From NCBI GenBank assembly GCA_963845065.1, contig CAWJQQ010000009.1:1024001-1088000 (forward strand): a stretch of DNA of 64,000 nucleotides. The letters are read 5' to 3'. The stretch is from Nitrospirota bacterium. GTDB taxonomy: Bacteria > Nitrospirota > UBA9217. The translations under genes were made by a program, and so were the position numbers. Positions 58,719 to 64,000 of this stretch are shown here, piece by piece. The notes below the pieces were generated by a model. It was not told where the DNA came from. It made no database searches and saw only the letters and a program-made list of their open reading frames with translations. Within the stretch, counting starts at the first letter, position 1, and each line of letters starts with the position of its first letter.

Positions 58719-60311
58719 TCATGTTTTGATATTAGCGGTGGCCCTTCCCAGCTCAGCGGCAATGTCCGAAAGGTTTTGCACCTCCCCGGTCACATCCTTT
58801 GCCATTTTTTCCATGTCCATTGAGATGTTTGAGGTAGCCTCTATGTTCATTGCTACTTCTGCGGCTGTAGCAGACTGCTCTTCCACTGCTGTCGCAATCT
58901 GATTTATTTGGTCCCTGACCTTCTTGATTGATTCGACGATTGTCTCAAGGACATTGTTGAGATTTTTAATATGGCCAGTGGCCTTTGTTACTCCCTTAGT
59001 TGATGCTGCCATTGATGCTGCAGTTTTGGTTGATTCGGCCTGGACGGTGCTGATTTCTGCTGAGATTTCAGCAGTAGCCTGAATAGTCCGTTCCGCCAGC
59101 TTTCTTACCTCGTCCGCTACAACGGCAAATCCTCTCCCTTGCTCTCCCGCTCTCGCAGCCTCTATCGCTGCATTCAAGGCCAGGAGATTCGTCTGGTCCG
59201 CTATGCCTTTTATTACCGTCACGACATTGCCAATCTCCGATGTTCTCTTATTTAACTTTTCAACCATACTTGATAGATTCACCGTGGAGATGTTCACCTC
59301 GTTTATGGTGTCTACTGATAAGATCGTTATCTGCTTCCCGCTTTCAGCTATTTCCATGGCATCAGTCGAATTTTCAGCTGAGTCCGCAGCGCTTTGTGCG
59401 ATGTGAGCGATTGTACGATTCATTTCATCAGCTGCTGTGGCAATCAAATGCGCTTGGCCTGCTTGTTTCTTTGCCCCTTCCGACGAAGCTTCTGCTTGTG
59501 ATCTGACAATATCAATAGCAGGTAATATTTTGGCAGAGGTGGTGATGATGGTATGAAGCATTTTCGAAAAGTGCTTGATGACCATATCAACATTTTGTGA
59601 CATTTGGGCTATCTCATCTTTACCTTCCAGAGACAGAGAAGTATCTGTATAGCCTTCACCGACTTTTCTTACTTTTTCCAATAGGATCTTCATGGGCGCA
59701 TAAGTTTTATTGACCAAGACCACTACAATTAACGACATTGCGAGTATCCCAACCAGTCCGAACAGGCCATAAAGATACTGCATGGTCCTTATCCTGATTA
59801 AAGAATCCTTAATCGGAACTCGCATGCTGATGGCTCCCAAAACCGTTCCCTCTTTTACGTTATGGCAGGAAAGACAGTTTTTGCCCATGTATCTTTCCTT
59901 TGCTATATAGGGAAACACACCCCGGATTGTATCACCTTCGATGATGATTTGTTCTTTACCATTTTCCATTACTTCCTTATCAAGAGCATCAGCAGCGTAA
60001 TCTTTCGTATCTCCCTTTCCGAAGTCTTTGTCGACGTTTTCTGACCGGATCACGCTCAGCTCAACAAAGTTCTGCATCTGTTCGATAAATGGTCCTTTGG
60101 CCTCCTTAATATTGTTTGCCAACATCATCGTGGTTAGTGCATTTAAGATGGTATCTCGATACGCAGTAAGTGTCGAATGCTCAACCTCGTGGAGAACTAT
60201 CGACTCTGTTTTGTATCCCGCCACCAGGGTAGAAATCGACACGCCAATAATTATAAGAAGTATGATTGGTGCGGAAAGCTTCCATTTTATTGAGATATCT
60301 CTTAATTGCAT
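58719..60311 (-). CDS. Methyl-accepting chemotaxis protein with periplasmic c-heme sensor
   Basis: Two TMs flanking a domain with CLSCH, HAMP (DEIAQM), [34 protein letters not shown]. Confidence 0.92.
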   Translation of the reverse strand: MQLRDISIKWKLSAPIILLIIIGVSISTLVAGYKTESIVLHEVEHSTLTAYRDTILNALTTMMLANNIKEAKGPFIEQMQNFVELSVIRSENVDKDFGKGDTKDYAADALDKEVMENGKEQIIIEGDTIRGVFPYIAKERYMGKNCLSCHNVKEGTVLGAISMRVPIKDSLIRIRTMQYLYGLFGLVGILAMSLIVVVLVNKTYAPMKILLEKVRKVGEGYTDTSLSLEGKDEIAQMSQNVDMVIKHFSKMLHTIITTSAKILPAIDIVRSQAEASSEGAKKQAGQAHLIATAADEMNRTIAHIAQSAADSAENSTDAMEIAESGKQITILSVDTINEVNISTVNLSSMVEKLNKRTSEIGNVVTVIKGIADQTNLLALNAAIEAARAGEQGRGFAVVADEVRKLAERTIQATAEISAEISTVQAESTKTAASMAASTKGVTKATGHIKNLNNVLETIVESIKKVRDQINQIATAVEEQSATAAEVAMNIEATSNISMDMEKMAKDVTGEVQNLSDIAAELGRATANIKT

Positions 60312-60827
60312 TTCGCTCCTCGCTAGTGCTCAAATATGACCATATCTCCTACAAGGTAAGTTGTACGATAGCCTCTGCAAATTTCGATGGAGCCTGATCT
60401 TGCATTGCATGTCGGCATTTTCTTGCAGAACTTTAATTTGAAATTTCATAACGATAACTATGGAGAACATTTTGCTTATGAAAGATCCTCTATTTTTTGT
60501 AATACGGCCGGTTATCAGGCTATTGGTATATTCTCGGAAGTGCCATTAGAATCGAAGTTGTTGAAAAAAAGAAATTGAGCACTAGGCTCTTTAAATTTCA
60601 TGTCATACTTGGTCACATTTCTCCAAGCTACCTCATTCTCTCAAGATACAATAATTAAAATAATCGGCGTAGATTGAAAGGCTTGTGATATATTAAAGTT
60701 TTTTCTTAATATTCCGATATGTACACTAAATCCCAGAGTTAATTGCTATTCATACTCAGACTAATTCAGCTGTTACGACCCAGTTCGTTTTTTAGTACTG
60801 GGTACCACGCTAAACAGGAGATGAACA

Positions 60828-62537
60828 ATGGCTTCACAGGAAGAACAGGGATATAATAACAAGCTGTGTTTTCGCAGGAATTTAGGTGTAGCAGCACTTG
60901 CACTGCTTGTATTTCAAGTAGTTGTTTTTTTTGCTTTTTATTCTTATGAGAAGCGGACAACTCTCGTGTATTTATATGGTCTGACTCTGCTCTCTTCTGT
61001 TGCTTTAATATTTTATTACTACATCAAAATCGTAAAGCCCTCGAATCAGTTAATGACATGTATCGTAAATGTTTACAACCGGAACGGATCAAAATCAGTG
61101 GAACTCGTGGCCATAACCGATGACCGAATCCGAGCACTGGCCGACAATTTGCACAAAGCCGTGGACAAACCAAAGTTATCGATAGCAGCCAATATGAACC
61201 TGGCGATTAAAGTGGCTACGGGGTCCGCACAAATGGCCAAGCGCATCAAAGGCACTGCTGAAAGCGCGAAGAAACAAAGCGAGCTTACCGATATCATCTT
61301 TAATCTCAGCAACACGACAAGCTCAGCTATAACCGATATATCTCAAAATGCCCAGGCCATATCGTCTTCTACGTCGCAAAATCTCACAACTGCACGTTCT
61401 TCACTCAAAGAACTGAAATTAGTAACAGAAGAAATAAACAGGATCAACGAAAGACTTCTAACCTTCAATACGACGGTTTCAACGCTGCAGAAGAATTCAG
61501 AAAACATCAAGGATATCGTATCATTAATCACGGGCATATCAGATCAGACAAATCTCCTTGCCCTAAACGCGGCCATCGAGGCGGCCAGGGCCGGCGAGCA
61601 GGGAAGAGGCTTCGCCGTTGTAGCCGACGAGGTGCGAAAGCTTGCCGAGCGGGTTAAAAAATCGACTGAGGAAATTTCTCGCACGATAAATGAGATGACC
61701 GAACAGGTCCATGAAACTTTGGCAGAAATCAAGGAGATCAATGAATACATGAACAACACAAAGGGAGTCGTGCAAAAGGCTTCCGGCGGGTTTGACAGCA
61801 TGCTTAAGGACTTTGAGAATAATAGTTCACAGCTAACCAGGATCGCAGAGTCTATCGGGAACCTCTCGCAGATCAACGAAAACATCAACGAAAAAGTCTC
61901 TGGAATACATACGCTGAGCACGGAGACAACGAAACAGATGGACGAATCAGGAAAATATTCTACCGATCTGTCTCAGACCGCTGAAGAAATGCAGATGAAC
62001 ATGTCGACCTTTATGGTTGGTACGGGGCTCGTTCAGGAGATTATAGATAAAACTAAAAAATACCGAGATATCTTCCAGACGCAAATTGAGGAGCTTTCAG
62101 ACAGAGGAATCGACGTTTTTGACCGCAATTATAAACTAATACCAGGTTCAAAACCGCAGAGATTTAATACTGTTTACGATGGTTACTTTGATAAAGAACT
62201 TAAGCAAGGATACGATAGTGCCTCGACCGATATCACGGGGTCCATCTATGTATTATGCGTGGATGAGAACGGATATGCACCGGCCCACAATAGTAAGTTT
62301 TCTAAACCACCGACGGGCAAATATGAAGTCGATCTCCTGAATACGCGAGACAAGCGGCTGTTCAATGATAAGGTCGGAATAACACTGGCAAAAAATACCG
62401 GTCCTTTCCTTCTTCAGACCTATATGAGGGACACGGGGGAAACGATTAATGATTTTTCCATGCCCATTATCGTGAAGGGACGACATTGGGGCGCCATTAG
62501 AATCGGTATCATGTCAAAGACACTTGGAATGGATTAA
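60828..62537 (+). CDS. Methyl-accepting chemotaxis protein with extra C-terminal domain
   Basis: Two closely spaced TMs, MCP hairpin signature, then a ~165-aa C-terminal domain ([10 protein letters not shown]...RDKRLFND...QTYMRDTGE...GRHWG). Confidence 0.9.
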   Translation: MASQEEQGYNNKLCFRRNLGVAALALLVFQVVVFFAFYSYEKRTTLVYLYGLTLLSSVALIFYYYIKIVKPSNQLMTCIVNVYNRNGSKSVELVAITDDRIRALADNLHKAVDKPKLSIAANMNLAIKVATGSAQMAKRIKGTAESAKKQSELTDIIFNLSNTTSSAITDISQNAQAISSSTSQNLTTARSSLKELKLVTEEINRINERLLTFNTTVSTLQKNSENIKDIVSLITGISDQTNLLALNAAIEAARAGEQGRGFAVVADEVRKLAERVKKSTEEISRTINEMTEQVHETLAEIKEINEYMNNTKGVVQKASGGFDSMLKDFENNSSQLTRIAESIGNLSQINENINEKVSGIHTLSTETTKQMDESGKYSTDLSQTAEEMQMNMSTFMVGTGLVQEIIDKTKKYRDIFQTQIEELSDRGIDVFDRNYKLIPGSKPQRFNTVYDGYFDKELKQGYDSASTDITGSIYVLCVDENGYAPAHNSKFSKPPTGKYEVDLLNTRDKRLFNDKVGITLAKNTGPFLLQTYMRDTGETINDFSMPIIVKGRHWGAIRIGIMSKTLGMD

Positions 62538-62601
62538 GAGAAGGCTCTACTAACTTTTATACGCACATATTGCAGCTTGCACGGGTTTTAGATGTAATTA
62601 C

Positions 62602-64000
62602 CAAACCATCCGCAGAAAGCTCCTTGTTTTAACCATGGGGATGAATGCGGGAACTTACCTTCCCGACAATTGCTAGACAAATGTTCATCTATATGGTATA
62701 TTTAACGTAACAATGCCATGTAATATATTAAAAACCCCCTCTTCCATCCATGAGTTTCAACTCGTAACTACCTGCAAAGACAACCGAATGCTTGCTATTC
62801 GGCTCGAGGCTGGCCGCCATCTGTATAATGCCTGCCTTGGCGAAGCGCTGAAACGTCTTGCTGCGATGCGTCAGTCTGAAAAATGGCTCACTGCGATTAG
62901 AAAAAAGAAAGCAAGCTGCGCACCAAGATGTTTAAGGCAGCCAGAAACCAAGCCAACCATACCGAATACAGCCTCCATGACTACGTCGGCGTTCTTCGCA
63001 ACTCTTGCTGGATCGGAGACGATATCGACAGCCTGACTGCCCAAAAATTAGCGACCAGGGCATACAATGCCGTAGCCGACTACGAGTTTGGCAAGCATGG
63101 CAAGCCCCGTTTTAAATGCCGTGGCTGGATGTCGTCACTTGAGGGCAAAAACAATGCATCCGGAATACGGTGGTGCGATGATCATGTCGAATGGCCTGGT
63201 CTTAACCTCAGCTGTCTCTTCGATCACAAGGACAAGTTCGGTGTCCAGGCTCACGCGCTTAGCCATGAAGTCAAATACGTCCGGCTGGTCAAGAAGACTA
63301 TCCGCGGCTATCCCCGCTGGTTTGCCCAACTCGTACTAAAGGGCACAGCTAAGGTCAAGCGAGAGAACCAGATCGGCACCGAGACTGTTGGTTTAGACAT
63401 CGACAGGCGCTAACGTAGGCGATACCGATGCCCGGATCGTTGAGTTCTGCCCGGAAGTCGAGGTTCCGTACAAACAAATCAGGGTTGTGCAGCGCAAGAT
63501 AGACAGAAGTCTTAGAGCCACTAATCCGGATAACTACAACGAGAGCGGCACAATCAAGTCCGGCAAAAAGCAGTGGTCTTCTCCGCTCAATACCGTGCTC
63601 TAAGCTGTGTTGGCCGAGCTTAAGCGGGTCCTCGCTGCAACGAGAAAACGATCTCATGGAAAGCCTGCCACTGAGATTCTTAAGCTCGGGACTAACATCA
63701 AAACCGAGAAACTTTCGTACGAAGCCTTTCAAGGAACATTTGGCAAAAGCGTATCAAAAAGCGCTCCAGGTATGTTTTTTTTGATGCTTCGTCGCAAAGC
63801 CGAAAACGCTGGCGGCCAGATAATCGAATTCCCTACCCAAAGCACGAAACTTTCAGAGACATGCCACTGCGGTGAAGTTAAAAAGAAGTTCCTCTCAAAG
63901 CGGCAACACGTTTGCGCATGTGGTGTGGATGCGCAGTGCGATCTATATTCCGCATTTCTCGCAAAGAACGTTTCGAACGATGTCCTCAACACGCGCCAGG
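62602..64000 (+). mobile_element. IS200/IS605-family tnpB-only element 3 (decayed relative of element 1; runs off window)
   Basis: TTAC (62598-62601), then CAAACCATCCGCAGAAAG + hairpin nearly identical to 29842-29889. Confidence 0.88.
62713..64000 (+). pseudogene. tnpB: tnpB pseudogene
   Basis: Colinear with 29953-31260; frameshift near 62900, lesion after GLDID (~63400), further stops and indels. Confidence 0.88.

Overview
A gene-dense, mosaic 64-kb bacterial chromosome segment. The gene style suggests an anaerobic or microaerophilic Nitrospirota/Desulfobacterota-like organism, but this is inference only. In order: a CRP/FNR regulator, a REC-GGDEF cyclase with a degenerate receiver, and a DEAD-box helicase with a structured leader. 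Next is a membrane-bound group 1 [NiFe]-hydrogenase operon (small subunit, large subunit, cytochrome b, protease) with hyp genes, including an in-frame hypC-hypA fusion and a 34-codon hypF deletion scar. Then come 2-oxoacid dehydrogenase E1a/E1b/E2, a GT39 glycosyltransferase, and cbb3-oxidase assembly genes (ccoI-like ATPase). A ~29-kb propionate island follows: sigma54 activator, prpB, dead prpC, transcarboxylase-like genes, gamma-CA, pccBA, meaB, mutase, epimerase, sucCD, acyltransferase, acnA and prpE. The window ends with an RND efflux operon, an aldo-keto reductase and two unusual chemoreceptors. Mobile DNA comprises three tnpB-only IS200/IS605 elements (two intact, one decayed), one dead IS4 with a 9-bp TSD, and several orphan IS-end-like hairpins. 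The most notable observations are: (1) an apparent swap from the methylcitrate route to the methylmalonyl-CoA route under the old sigma54 promoter; (2) a hidden ~100-bp direct repeat bracketing pccBA, visible only after removing two nested IS elements, which also forms a mismatched self-target for one TnpB guide; (3) a tnpB element that supplies the meaB stop codon; (4) two unannotated structured-RNA candidates (2700-2850 and 50780-50995); (5) translationally coupled mini-ORF scars in the hyp operon. No rRNA, tRNA or CRISPR array was seen.
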